Notes: generated by a model from the letters alone, not told the origin. Shown: positions 1-12,625, counted from the first letter of the whole stretch. The stretch: 63,303 nucleotides of DNA, filler included, from Octopus bimaculoides (GCF_001194135.2; 7 parts of 7 records of this genome joined end to end with filler, not necessarily neighbours in it); one strand, 5' to 3'. A program made the numbers and translations.

Positions 1-135
1 AACTTTGATAGAGCTTTGTCAACGGAGATTCGTAAAATAAGCCTGATTATAATTTTTAAAAATAGATATCAAGTCTCTTACACAATACTTTAAGGTTTCA
101 GAAATAATACACACACACACACACGAACAGACACA

Positions 136-290
136 CACTAGCGTAGCTAGTGGGCGTCGGTAGGGGCGCTCTACCACGGGCGGTATTTTTAAAGATGCGG
201 CATTTTTAAGTCTGCTTTATCGAATGTTTTTGTGGAATAGCAAACGGAAGGACCACTCCGGGCGGCACACACACATTAGCTGCGCAATTG
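136..290. mobile_element. Small MITE-like element with degenerate TIRs
   Basis: Left end cactagcgtagctag matches the reverse complement of the right end (caattgcgcagctaa) at 11/15. CpG-rich interior; related motif near 40381-40410. No convincing TSD. Confidence 0.3.
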
Positions 291-296
291 CGTACG

Positions 297-328
<32 letters not shown>

Positions 329-497
329 CACATACGCGCGCGCACTTGTAGTCCCGATTCTTTTATTTTATTATAGTACAGTTTCGACCGTTTAACCCCT
401 CCACATTTGATCATGTGCTCGACAGACATACATAGTTTTTCACGTAAATGCAGGCTGGCATTGGAGAGTGGCAAAAAGGAACGTTACTCTCGAGCCG

Positions 498-1555
498 TTT
501 TCTTCTTCTTCTTCTTCTTCTTCTTCTTCTTCTTCTTCTTCTTCTTCTTCCCCTCTCCTTCCCCTTCCTCCCCTCCTCCTATTTCTTCTCTTTCACCTCC
601 CTCTTCTTCTTCTTCTTCTTCTTCTTCTTCTTCTTCTTCTTCTTCTTCTTCTTCTTCTTCTTCTTCTTCTTCTTCNNNNNNNNNNNNNNNNNNNNNNNNN
701 NNNNNNNNNNNNNNNNNNNNNNNNNNNNNNNNNNNNNNNNNNNNNNNNNNNNNNNNNNNNNNNNNNNNNNNNNNNNNNNNNNNNNNNNNNNNNNNNNNNN
801 NNNNNNNNNNNNNNNNNNNNNNNNNNNNNNNNNNNNNNNNNNNNNNNNNNNNNNNNNNNNNNNNNNNNNNNNNNNNNNNNNNNNNNNNNNNNNNNNNNNN
901 NNNNNNNNNNNNNNNNNNNNNNNNNNNNNNNNNNNNNNNNNNNNNNNNNNNNNNNNNNNNNNNNNNNNNNNNNNNNNNNNNNNNNNNNNNNNNNNNNNNN
1001 NNNNNNNNNNNNNNNNNNNNNNNNNNNNNNNNNNNNNNNNNNNNNNNNNNNNNNNNNNNNNNNNNNNNNNNNNNNNNNNNNNNNNNNNNNNNNNNNNNNN
1101 NNNNNNNNNNNNNNNNNNNNNNNNNNNNNNNNNNNNNNNNNNNNNNNNNNNNNNNNNNNNNNNNNNNNNNNNNNNNNNNNNNNNNNNNNNNNNNNNNNNN
1201 NNNNNNNNNNNNNNNNNNNNNNNNNNNNNNNNNNNNNNNNNNNNNNNNNNNNNNNNNNNNNNNNNNNNNNNNNNNNNNNNNNNNNNNNNNNNNNNNNNNN
1301 NNNNNNNNNNNNNNNNNNNNNNNNNNNNNNNNNNNNNNNNNNNNNNNNNNNNNNNNNNNNNNNNNNNNNNNNNNNNNNNNNNNNNNNNNNNNNNCCTTCT
1401 TCTTCTTCTTCTCCTCCTCCTCTTTCTTCTTCTTCTTCTTCTTCTTCTTCTTCTACTTCCTCTTCTTCTTCTCCACTCCCCCTCTCCTTCCCCTTCCTCC
1501 CCTCCTCCTATTTCTTCTCTTTCACCTCCCTCTTCTTCTTCTTCTTCTTCTTCTT

Positions 1556-1585
<30 letters not shown>
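498..1585. repeat. (TTC)n low-complexity tract flanking an assembly gap
   Basis: TTC/CCT repeats at 498-675 and 1396-1585; the same pyrimidine-rich core appears on both sides of the N run. Confidence 0.9.
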
Positions 1586-1586
<1 letters not shown>

Positions 1587-1592
1587 ATACTA

Positions 1593-1740
1593 GGGCGGCG
1601 AACTGCCAGAATCGTTAGCGTGAGGTTCTTTACCATTCATCCTTTCGGAGGCAATAAACTACAAGTTTCGTACTGGTGTCGATCTAATCAACTGTCCCCA
1701 TGCACCAAAATTTCGGGCCTTGTGCCTATAGTAGAAAAGA
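1593..1740 (+). mobile_element. tRNA-derived SINE family A (Meta-like central domain), internally deleted
   Basis: Head ggcggcgaactgccagaatcgttagc, ttcatcctttcgg block and tail ggccttgtgcctatagtagaaaag+(att)n are shared with many copies in the window. Confidence 0.8.
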
Positions 1741-2179
1741 TTATTATTATTAATATAGATAATATTTAACACCATTTAACAGTGGATGTTGTGTTAGAAC
1801 ACGGAATACTGCAATACTTACCATGAGAAAACCTCTTGTATGGTTTTGTGTTGTTTACAAGCAGTCGTGTTTACATCACTAGTGGGAGACAATCACCGCT
1901 ACCTCCACCTCCAGGACAAACAGATCACGTGATTTTGTCCTTCCCTGGCTTTGTCAATGATAGATGCCTGATCGCTGGAAATAGTGGCGATTACTCTGCA
2001 AGCAATATACATAGAATCACAGTTTCATAAAGAGGGCTCACAAATATCCAGTGCTGTCGTAGCCTGTGGTAGTCCTATGCGCGGCGATTGCGGTGCTTGT
2101 TCCCCGCTAACGATGTAAACAAGAGTGCTTATATGCACCAGAAATCCATATGAGAGATCTTATGCCTATATTACAAAAG

Positions 2180-2291
<112 letters not shown>

Positions 2292-2292
2292 T

Positions 2293-2500
2293 GGCGGTGA
2301 GCTGGCAGAATCGTTAGCACGCCGGGCGAAATGCTTAGCGGTATTTCTTTTGCCGCTACGCTCTGAGTTCAAATTCTGCCGAGGTCGACATTGCTTTTCA
2401 TCCGTTGGGGATCGATAAATTAAATACCAGTTGAATACTAGAGTCGATGTGATCGACTGTCCCCTTCCGCACAAAATGCAGGCCTTGTGTCTATAGTGAA
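2293..2500 (+). mobile_element. SINE family A, near full length
   Basis: ggcggtgagctggcagaatcgttagcacgccgggcgaaatgcttagcgg...ctgagttcaaattctgccgaggtcgac...ggccttgtgtctatagt; pol III A/B-box-like head. Confidence 0.88.
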
Positions 2501-4450
2501 ACAGTTCTTTTTCACACCTTCTGACGCTGGAGATGTACTGTGTCAGCTGTTCACTAACATGCCTTATATTTCGATCACCTTGCAGATGTATTCGAGCGGT
2601 TCCAAGCAGTGGTGTTTTCTTCAAGTGCTCCACCCCTATTGCAGCCCCTATTTGTTCCATGTACTTCTCGAGGTTTTTACTCACTTTTTCCAGAGCTCCG
2701 ACAATTATTGGTGACTACAACCACCTTATTAAATCGGCCACAACTGCTTTACCTCTCAAGCTAACCTGTCATATCTGTTGGCTTTCCTTTCTTCCTTATC
2801 GCATACCTTGTTGTCAGCCGGACATGCTATATCTATGATCCAGCATAGTTTGTTTTCTTTCTCAATTAACACTGTCTTGATTCCCATTCTCTATCTGGGT
2901 TTATGTTCTTACAATTTTTTGTTCTGCCAAGTCCATACTTGTTGTAAAGTGTCCAATGGACAATCCTTGCTATATTGTCATGACGCCTCATACATTCTTT
3001 CTGGACTAGTGGCATACATTGAGTGGCAATATGCCATACAGTTTCACCATTTTGTCCACAGATACTGCTCTTATCACTTTCTGATGTGTTTTTTCTACTC
3101 TGTATTTGATGTAATTCGTTCTTAATGCTTGTTCTTGGGCAGCACAGATTAGAGCCTCCATTTCCGGTTTTAAATCACTTTTAGTCATCCATAGCCAACG
3201 TTTCTCTCTGTCTGTCTCATCATCAACATCCCTTTGAAATTGTCTATGCATTCTTTTCTTTATCCACCTATTTTCAGTTTCATTCATTCTCAAGTGTTTC
3301 AACAGTGCTTTATCTTTGCAATCTTCCGTCCTACACAAGCCTGACCTTATTACTTCAAATAATAGCAGTTCTGTGGCATTTTTTACATACCATGTTGTTT
3401 TCTTCTGCTCTAATGCTGTGTTTGCATCCAATAAGTCCTCTTCTCCCTCTTTTTCTTTGTACATACAGTCAGTCTGTGTCACTTTTTGGGTGGACTATAT
3501 TCTTCTTTTCCACTATGGATCTTTTCATTTGTCACTCCCATTATATTTCTTTTTCTTGAGATCAACACCCAGATTTTCTGCTACAAAAATACTTGCTGCC
3601 TTGATCAAATTATTTGTTTCTGTGATTTTTTGGTTCTGATGTATTTCAGAATTTCATTGAACTTTTTTGCTTCTTGGTTCAATTTCCATCGATTAACCTT
3701 TTTAAGGTTCCAAATAATGTCGCAGTCGTTCTCCTGTAGCCTTGCCTTTATTCTGTCGTAGATTGCCTTTTGCCCATCTATCATATCACCATTAATTTTA
3801 TTGTCTTCTCCCAAACCATCTAAGTGCCTCTCATCGAGCAAGCTATCACTGTTCCTTTCCTGTGGTTTATTAGAGATTTCACCGCTGTTTTCTGTTATGA
3901 GATTACTTTTATCAGTAGGAACTGTATTTTCATCGTTTCCTCTGCTGTTGTTTTCCAGTACCAGTCTTTTGATAGTTTCGAGCTCTGCTTCTGTGCATCA
4001 ACGATTTTTTTTTCTTCTTGCTTTAGCTTGATCCCATAATCTCTGTTGCGTGAGTTGAAACAATCCTCTCTCTCTCTCCATTGATCATGCAAACATTGTC
4101 GGTATCCCCTAAGATAAACACCATTTTCGTCTACGGGGTTGCTCAGGTAGTCACACTTCATGACCACAGCATTGACTTGTTTGTTCCATCGAAGCCGTGT
4201 GTGCTGGTCCTTTGCTCGTTAACGACAGGGTGGAGTAGAACTAGTAAATCTGAGGCTTCCACATGCAACACTGTCACTATCAAGGTGTTCGGTTTCATTG
4301 CCACCGTTATTCACAATATTTTGCTTTTTCATTGTCACTCATATGAAATAGCGATTATCAGGTTGCGCAATTATCAATGTTTTTATTGTGACACCATCAC
4401 TTGATGTATTATCATCAATCAAAGCATAGGGAGATTCCAACCGCTCTCTT
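2501..4450 (-). mobile_element. R4/Dong-clade (RLE) non-LTR retrotransposon remnant, internally deleted (no RT)
   Basis: Minus-strand peptides: N-terminal CDYLSNP..RGYRQ, LKKVNRWKLNQE, TETNNLIKAA..WKRRI; C-terminal HPKSDTD.LYV.RK.G.RGL, EALICAAQEQALRTNYIKY, IVGALEKVSKNLEKY..LLGTARI. Many stops and frameshifts. Confidence 0.85.
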
Positions 4451-4547
4451 TCATTATTATTATTATCATCACTGAAATTATTATTTTAAGTTTTTTTACA
4501 ATATGTAATTAATAATATTTCCTCTGATCCGACATGAGTTTTAGTTA

Positions 4548-4548
4548 A

Positions 4549-4609
<61 letters not shown>

Positions 4610-4720
4610 GTATTATCATTATTTTCTACTCTAGGCAGAAGGTCCAAAAGACAGACGAAAGAGCGGTTAGCATTTCGTCCAGCGTGCTAACGTTTCTACT
4701 AGCTCGCCTTCTTCTTCTTA

Positions 4721-4782
<62 letters not shown>

Positions 4783-4783
4783 G

Positions 4784-4865
<82 letters not shown>

Positions 4866-4900
4866 CATTATTATTATCATTATTATTATCATTATTATTG
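4548..4900. repeat. (TTA)n/(TCA) tracts with an embedded deleted family A SINE (4625-4710, minus strand)
   Basis: Trinucleotide repeats; the reverse complement of 4625-4710 reads SINE A head fused directly to its tail. Confidence 0.85.
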
Positions 4901-5324
4901 GCAATCCTTTTAGTAGTAGTTTTTATAGCACCAGGTTTCAACTCTAGATAAACTCCTTATTGTACTGGACTGAATAAGTTTCTTTAGAGGACATTATGGA
5001 TAAAATCAATAGTAAGTATATATGAGGCTACTATTGCACTTCATCTTATTTCCAAAAGTCTATTATATCTTGCTGAAAGACTTTATTCATTACTATAGTA
5101 TGAAATAATCCACTTCTGTTCCTTTCATAGATAAAAGCCAAATGCTAAATTACCCCGAGAGATGCAAGAAAATTAAAATCCCTCCTTTTATCCTTGATAT
5201 CGTAGTGTTCTTGAGAAAAATACGTTGATTTTATAACGTTAAATACGGCCCTACATATTGACGACAGACTGGACTTTTATAGCTAATTCATAAGTGGTTA
5301 CCATTTTAAGTAGGAAAGTGGCGA

Positions 5325-5513
5325 ATTGGAAAAGTCGCTATTTACGGCGGGGCCAAATTGCTTAGCGGTATTGATGTTCTGAGTTCAAATTCAACCGGAG
5401 TGGCTTTTGTCTTATGTCCTTCCGGGGTGGCGGTGGGGTCGATAAAATATGTACCAGTTGAGTTCTGAGGCCGATGAGATTGACCAGCCCCTCCTCCTAA
5501 ATTGCTTGCCTTA
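5325..5513 (+). mobile_element. SINE family A, diverged
   Basis: gcttagcggtatt..ttctgagttcaaattc..ggggtcgataaaatatgtaccagttg. Confidence 0.7.
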
Positions 5514-5550
5514 GGCGCAGGAATGGTTATGTGGTAAGAAGCTTGCTTTC

Positions 5551-7100
5551 TGCGCATGCGTCGGTCTATTCGCTGTGTTGGTTTCTGACGAGACGGACGG
5601 AATTTTTTGAGTTGCTTGACAGCGGTTTGTTGGTGAGTATTATACCGGTAGAAAGGAATATATTCGGACCTTAAGCGTGTATGAGCTGTCCTCATCGGAG
5701 GAGGAGCTCGTTAAGGCGGTAAACAGAATGGATGAGCATTTGAAAAGAGTAAAGTGTTTTGCTGAGGCTGCAGGGGTGCAGAAAAGGGAACTGGACCTAG
5801 CCGGACTGAAGGAGCTGTGTAAGATGACACAGAAGGTGGGCGGTGACGTATAGTTATTACCCCCGAAAAGGGTCATGGAGACTATGGAAACGAAGATCAT
5901 TACCTACAAGGTATACTCAGTGGAGAGTAGGAAGGTGGAGTGGATGGAGATGGAAAAAGTAGAAAAAGCATTGAAGGGGCTTTCGAAGGAGTTGACATAT
6001 ATAGCGAAAGGAAATGGATATTGGACAGTGGTTGTCCAGTCTAGGACAGCGGAGGAGGCAAAGAGGCTGGCGAGTACAACTGTAAAACCAGAGGAAGTAG
6101 TACGTCTACCCACGTACCTTGGAAGAAAGACTTCTAGGGTGAGGGTAGAAGGAATTCCACCCGATATAGAAGTGGCTTGGGTTGCGGGAGCCGTCCTCGT
6201 TGGAAGTGAAGCGGAGATGGCTGTCCTCCAAGCCACAGAGACGGAGGAAGGAGGATATAGAGGAAAAACATTGAATATCATCATACAAGAGNNNNNNNNN
6301 NNNNNNNNNNNNNNNNNNNNNNNNNNNNNNNNNNNNNNNNNNNNNNNNNNNNNNNNNNNNNNNNNNNNNNNNNNNNNNNNNNNNNNNNNNNNNNNNNNNN
6401 NNNNNNNNNNNNNNNNNNNNNNNNNNNNNNNNNNNNNNNNNNNNNNNNNNNNNNNNNNNNNNNNNNNNNNNNNNNNNNNNNNNNNNNNNNNNNNNNNNNN
6501 NNNNNNNNNNNNNNNNNNNNNNNNNNNNNNNNNNNNNNNNNNNNNNNNNNNNNNNNNNNNNNNNNNNNNNNNNNNNNNNNNNNNNNNNNNNNNNNNNNNN
6601 NNNNNNNNNNNNNNNNNNNNNNNNNNNNNNNNNNNNNNNNNNNNNNNNNNNNNNNNNNNNNNNNNNNNNNNNNNNNNNNNNNNNNNNNNNNNNNNNNNNN
6701 NNNNNNNNNNNNNNNNNNNNNNNNNNNNNNNNNNNNNNNNNNNNNNNNNNNNNNNNNNNNNNNNNNNNNNNNNNNNNNNNNNNNNNGAGGAGAGAGTGTT
6801 GTCACTCAGCGATGGGGAAAAAGGAAAGACTAGATTAAAGACTAAAGAAGACTCGGGACTCAGAGGTGGCGAGTGGTGTTACTCACTTTGGGGTGAGCAA
6901 CACACTTTTTTCATATTCTCATTTCTCATACATCATTCATGTATCACTATTTAATATTTTGATTTTAATGTTTTTCATGTTCATTTTCATGTGTCACTCA
7001 TAGCATCATATTTTTATTTTAATTGTTATGTGTCCCCACATGTGTTGTAGTGTCCCCCTCTATGTAATGCCTTTATGGCAATTTAAAAGAAATAAAGAAT
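5551..7100 (+). mobile_element. L1/Tx1-like LINE (ORF1 start, gap, 3' end with A-rich tail)
   Basis: ORF1-like reading frame, then a T-rich 3' UTR ending aaaagaaataaagaat; flanked by near-duplicate aagaagcttgctttc / aagaatcctgcttcc. Clade is inferred from architecture; the middle is in a gap. Confidence 0.65.
5641..6291 (+). pseudogene. LINE ORF1-like (gag/RRM-like) reading frame with one in-frame stop
   Basis: Frame YTGRKEYIRTLSVYELSSSEEELVKAVNRMDEHLKR...KVGGDV*LLPPKRVMETMETKIITYKVY...RVRVEGIPPDIEVAWV...NIIIQE runs into the gap; single TAG near 5850. Confidence 0.6.
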
Positions 7101-7851
7101 CCTGCTTCCCAACCACCCGGTAATGTGTTCAGTCACACTGCGTGGCATCCTACGCAGGTGTCTTCTACTACAGCCTCGGGCCCACCAAAACCTTGTGAGT
7201 GGATTTAGTCGACTGAAACTGGAAGAAGCCCGTTGCGTATGTGTGTGTGTGTTCCCTACCATCGCTTGACAACCGATGTTGATGTGCTTACGTTCCCGTA
7301 ACTTACCGGTTTGTCAAAAGAGACCAATAGAATAAGTGCTGAGATCGATTTGTTCGACTAAATGAGATGCTCCAGCATGGCCGCAGTCAAATTACTGAAA
7401 CAAGTAAAAGAGTAAAAGCGTATAGGTTCTTATATATAAATTATGAAAGTGGCTACTTAAATGTGTTGTAATGGTATTTGTTAAAATGCACAAAAACATC
7501 ATTGCGTAATCATCAAATTTTTTTGCTCTCGCCACAAGAGGCACAAAAACAAAATGTCTTCTTTTATTTCGTGCCGTGTTTTCCTGCGCTAAAAGCTAAT
7601 ACAAAAAGTATCGCTATAACCAGTATCTGCTTTGTGTTAATTAATTGATTGATTAAATACTTTCCCTAGATAATACATCACACAGTGCCATTGTTAAAGT
7701 GATTTTGTATTATTGTCTAGCATTTTAATACCAATAAATCCGAAAGAAGCACCATTTAGATAGAACGTAATTTTTTCTTACAAAATAACGATCTTCACGT
7801 GCAAAAATTTAATTACATGAATATAATTAAAAAGAATATTAATAAATGATA

Positions 7852-7856
<5 letters not shown>

Positions 7857-7939
<83 letters not shown>
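7857..7939. repeat. (AAT)n microsatellite
   Basis: Direct repeat. Confidence 0.95.
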
Positions 7940-7941
<2 letters not shown>

Positions 7942-8549
7942 TTTTTGATAATAATTCATCAAAAATATTTTAATAAATNNNNNNNNNNNNNNNNNNNNNN
8001 NNNNNNNNNNNNNNNNNNNNNNNNNNNNNNNNNNNNNNNNNNNNNNNNNNNNNNNNNNNNNNNNNNNNNNNNNNNNNNNNNNNNNNNNNNNNNNNNNNNN
8101 NNNNNNNNNNNNNNNNNNNNNNNNNNNNNNNNNNNNNNNNNNNNNNNNNNNNNNNNNNNNNNNNNNNNNNNNNNNNNNNNNNNNNNNNNNNNNNNNNNNN
8201 NNNNNNNNNNNNNNNNNNNNNNNNNNNNNNNNNNNNNNNNNNNNNNNNNNNNNNNNNNNNNNNNNNNNNNNNNNNNNNNNNNNNNNNNNNNNNNNNNNNN
8301 NNNNNNNNNNNNNNNNNNNNNNNNNNNNNNNNNNNNNNNNNNNNNNNNNNNNNNNNNNNNNNNNNNNNNNNNNNNNNNNNNNNNNNNNNNNNNNNNNNNN
8401 NNNNNNNNNNNNNNNNNNNNNNNNNNNNNNNNNNNNNNNNNNNNNNNNNNNNNNNNNNNNNNNNNNNNNNNNNNNNNNNNNNNNNNNNNNNNNNNNNNNN
8501 NNNNNNNNNNNNNNNNNNNNNNNNNNNNNNNNNNNNNNNNNNNNNNNNN

Positions 8550-8625
<76 letters not shown>

Positions 8626-8965
8626 GATATATATATATACACATATATAAAATTTAATTATACATTTTGCAATTGGCTAAAACAGTCGGTTGATAGCTTT
8701 TAGTGGTAGTGTTTTCACATAATGGCGGATATTTCATTTTTTGTTTTTAATGCGTTGCGCTTTAACTACTAATAGAAGACAGCAAAATGTCTTCACTCAA
8801 CACATAATATATTTCAATAATAGTACGGCATATATAAATCCAGTGACACACTTTCCGGCAATGTTTTAATGTGACTGAGAACTTCTGAACATCTCCATCG
8901 GTTTGCTCACTTCGAAAGGTCTAAAAGGACCCTAGTTAGCGGTATAAAATCAAAATACAAATGTA

Positions 8966-9158
8966 TACTAAGAGGGTCGGTTGGAAGATATATAGGCTGA
9001 CCAAGATGCTCTCATGGGATGTGACCAGGTGTCATTTTACCTGGAACAAAACAATGCAGTTATTATGAAGGAGAGCTAAAGTAGATGCATGCAAGATTTC
9101 ACAGATCTAGCGTTACACATTGGTATTCAGCCTATGAGTACTTCAGCCCACTCTCGTA
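8966..9158. mobile_element. Mariner-type MITE
   Basis: Degenerate TIRs ta..agagggtcggttggaagatatataggctga / tcagcctatgagtacttcagcccactctcgta with TA ends. Confidence 0.65.
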
Positions 9159-10435
9159 GAATAGATCGAGCCATTCGTTAAACAAAGTCCTGTATTGATG
9201 ACAGATTAACGTGAGAAATATAAGCCAATAGAGTATCCACAAATCCGTGGACATTGAAACTACTTAAAGTGTGAAATTTCCACGCAATTTACCTTGAAGT
9301 TACATCACTTCATCCATTACATGCATTCACTGATTAGAAACACAAACACGAAAACCCACAGATATAGGCAAAGATATACATACATATATACATGCATGCG
9401 TACATGCATACATACATACATACATACATACATACATACATACATACATACATACATACATACACATATATATGCATACACACACACGCACACACACACA
9501 CACAAACACACACACGCANNNNNNNNNNNNNNNNNNNNNNNNNNNNNNNNNNNNNNNNNNNNNNNNNNNNNNNNNNNNNNNNNNNNNNNNNNNNNNNNNN
9601 NNNNNNNNNNNNNNNNNNNNNNNNNNNNNNNNNNNNNNNNNNNNNNNNNNNNNNNNNNNNNNNNNNNNNNNNNNNNNNNNNNNNNNNNNNNNNNNNNNNN
9701 NNNNNNNNNNNNNNNNNNNNNNNNNNNNNNNNNNNNNNNNNNNNNNNNNNNNNNNNNNNNNNNNNNNNNNNNNNNNNNNNNNNNNNNNNNNNNNNNNNNN
9801 NNNNNNNNNNNNNNNNNNNNNNNNNNNNNNNNNNNNNNNNNNNNNNNNNNNNNNNNNNNNNNNNNNNNNNNNNNNNNNNNNNNNNNNNNNNNNNNNNNNN
9901 NNNNNNNNNNNNNNNNNNNNNNNNNNNNNNNNNNNNNNNNNNNNNNNNNNNNNNNNNNNNNNNNNNNNNNNNNNNNNNNNNNNNNNNNNNNNNNNNNNNN
10001 NNNNNNNNNNNNNNNNNNNNNNNNNNNNNNNNNNNNNNNNNNNNNNNNNNNNNNNNNNNNNNNNNNNNNNNNNNNNNNNNNNNNNNNNNNNNNNNNNNNN
10101 NNNNNNNNNNNNNNNNNNNNNNNNNNNNNNNNNNNNNNNNNNNNNNNNNNNNNNNNNNNNNNNNNNNNNNNNNNNNNNNNNNNNNNNNNNNNNNNNNNNN
10201 NNNNNNNNNNNNNNNNNNNNNNNNNNNNNNNNNNNNNNNNNNNNNNNNNNNNNNNNNNNNNNNNNNNNNNNNNNNNNNNNNNNNNNNNNNNNNNNNNNNN
10301 NNNNNNNNNNNNNNNNNNNNNNNNNNNNNNNNNNNNNNNNNNNNNNNNNNNNNNNNNNNNNNNNNNNNNNNNNNNNNNNNNNNNNNNNNNNNNNNNNNNN
10401 NNNNNNNNTATATATATATATATATTTATATATAT

Positions 10436-10595
10436 TTGTTGGGTTATCCCATAAATAATGCCGTTTTTTATACTTATTTTACTTTCCAAAATTAAGATAA
10501 ACAAAGTTCTTTTTTAATCTAAAATGTACTTTCCTTCATTTTCTACAATGCTCTTCCATCGGTCTGGTAGGCTTGCAAGGCTCCTCTTCAAAATT
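10436..10595 (-). mobile_element. Mariner right end (transposase C-terminus + TIR)
   Basis: Reverse complement encodes ...SLPDRWKSIVENEGKYILD* followed by TIR ttatttatgggataacccaac; same family as 15186-15510. Confidence 0.75.
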
Positions 10596-10784
10596 CATAA
10601 TGGAGGTGAGTTACTTGTATCATGGTAATTCGTGCCGAGTACCACAATGTCAGCATCATGACTGCAGCTCTATGCTCTGTGGACACTGCAAATGCATTAA
10701 GACGTGACGTGGACAGCTGTAACGGAGACAACAATGCTGTGGCCAGCATCCAAGGACACTACAGTCTTGTGAGTGCGTTGACAC

Positions 10785-10955
10785 GCCGGAATTAATATCA
10801 CACATCTTTGAACATGGCCTTAGGCCCAATTCTGACGGCTATGTTAATCTGCAAGAGGTTGTGGTCAACCCTTGTGTGGAGAGTATTGCCACTGGAGGGT
10901 CATATGTATGACTGAAGGATTCATCTTCTTGCCATAACAGTAGAAGAGGTACCGC
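10785..10955 (+). mobile_element. maT/DD37D-like Tc1-mariner transposase fragment
   Basis: SHIFEHGLRPNSDGYVNLQEVVVNPCVESIATGGSYV*LKDSSSCHNSRR resembles the PHIF..GL.LNSDGY...V.PW......RPYVWQQDSAPCH motif. Confidence 0.7.
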
Positions 10956-11074
10956 ACTGTGATATTGAAACCTAAATCACGTGGTTGCGAAACGAACTTT
11001 TTAAATACAAACTCATACTTGTGTGTTTGTCTGTATGTATATGTATGTACACATATACACATACACTTAGCTAT

Positions 11075-11076
11075 GT

Positions 11077-11108
<32 letters not shown>

Positions 11109-11196
11109 AAGAGACAGAACTAGAGGGAGAGAGGAGTGGGAATAGAGAGAGAAACCGAGGAGACAAGCGAGAGAGAGAGACAGAGAGAGACAGAGG

Positions 11197-11250
<54 letters not shown>
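11075..11250. repeat. (AG)n microsatellite
   Basis: Direct repeat. Confidence 0.95.
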
Positions 11251-12039
11251 ATGAGAAATATGATTATGATGTTCCGTTTAGCTTTCATTTATATATTCTA
11301 TTCTGGCAAATCCCACTTGTAAATAAAACTAGAAAGTGAGAAAAAGAGAAATCAAAAACTTAGTACATTAACGGTTTTTATCAAATCTGCGAGTCTCCAG
11401 GTTTGCAGTCGTAGAATTTGACAAGCACCTAGCTCCATTAGAAGAGAATAAAAATAAAAATAAAAAAAAGACAGAATTTGTAGAAATTCAAATCAGACGC
11501 CGAACATTTCTAAGTGAATAAGTAAGAGAATATAATTAAATGCGTCTTGCTTAGCGAGAATTGCTTTAGTGAAAGAAAATGGCGCATCTTTGTTTGTCAT
11601 TGTCTCGACTTTTTCTCATTTTAATATCCCGTCTCGTGCGGAAACTTTTCAATTCGTGCTGTACAAGAAAGATGTGTCTTATATGATTAAGAATCGTTCG
11701 TGTGATTACGTTTCGTCTCATCTACCAATCTCATCAATTTCACACCCCAAGTTTCAAACGTCACACACACATTTCGCCGTTGTCCTTTTGTAAATGCTGA
11801 TTAAAATTCCATTCTTTCTACAAATGACAGTCTGCAAATTCTACGAAACAATGTGTTGAGTATGCTTTATACATGACCGTACTGAGATCTGTGTTGGAGT
11901 GTTATCAGAGAAAAACATCAGAATTTCAGATGCACCGAGTGCACTGAGAGTTTTAATGGCAAAATAAAACTGAAACTCAAGCTGTGATGACATGGGACAA
12001 CGAAAACGTAAAAACACCAGGAGATGGTACCCAGTCACT

Positions 12040-12180
12040 CTTTCTTTCTCTCTCTCTCTCTCTCCCTCTTTATTTCTCTCTCTCTCCCTCTTTCTTTCTC
12101 TCTCGTTTTATCTCTCTCTCCCTCTTTCTCTCTCTTATCTATCTCTCTATCTCTCTCTCTCTCTTTCTCTCTCTTATCTA

Positions 12181-12215
<35 letters not shown>

Positions 12216-12260
12216 TATCTATCTATCTATCTCTCTCTCTATCTATCTCTCTCTTATCTA

Positions 12261-12326
<66 letters not shown>

Positions 12327-12422
12327 AGTCTGTTTCTGTCAATCTGTCAATATGTCTGTCTGTCTGCCTGCCTGTCTGTCTGTCTGTCTGCTCTGTCTAT
12401 TTCTATTTCTCTCTCTTTCCTT

Positions 12423-12457
<35 letters not shown>

Positions 12458-12545
12458 TATTTGTTTGTTTATATGTCTATCAATCTATCTATAAATCTCT
12501 CTCTCTTTCTCTATCTGTCTGTCTGTATCTCTCGCTATCTATCTA
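12040..12545. repeat. Compound (CT)n/(TCTA)n/(TGTC)n tract
   Basis: Low-complexity pyrimidine-rich repeats. Confidence 0.95.
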
Positions 12546-12610
12546 TCTATTTATTTACACTGACTTACGCTGAGGATCCTGCATATATTTACTTATGTAA
12601 ATTTTAACAG

Positions 12611-12625
12611 GTGAGACCACGGTAC
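12611..12625 (+). CDS. Candidate 15-nt microexon (GETTV in phase 1, or VRPRY in phase 0)
   Basis: attttaacag|GTGAGACCACGGTAC|gtaggt; upstream ctgac branch-like site (about 12560) and tgc motif (about 12580). Unverified. Confidence 0.3.

Larger units (their letters stand above)
5514..7415 (+). mobile_element. SINE family B (CORE-like), split by a LINE insertion
   Basis: Head ggcgcaggaatggttatgtggtaagaagcttgctttc at 5514-5550 resumes as cctgcttcccaaccac...gaagaagcccg...gctccagcatggccgcagtcaaa at 7101-7415; compare intact copies at 30767 and 40700. Confidence 0.85.

Noticed and set aside
137-200. Possible Helitron 3' end on the minus strand (hairpin + CTAG)
   Set aside because: Better explained as the TIR of a small MITE with a matching right end at 276-290.
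545-1540. Same pyrimidine-rich core on both sides of the first gap
   Set aside because: Typical redundant contig ends at a microsatellite.
407-1769. Long ORFs (poly-F/L/S) and all other ORF-track entries spanning N runs or microsatellites
   Set aside because: Open only because of N runs and simple repeats; no coding signal.
1800-2040. Non-repetitive segment with short ORFs
   Set aside because: No recognisable motif and no paired strong splice sites.
5514-5550. tRNA genes suggested by A/B-box heads of the SINEs
   Set aside because: The heads continue into SINE bodies and do not form complete cloverleaves.
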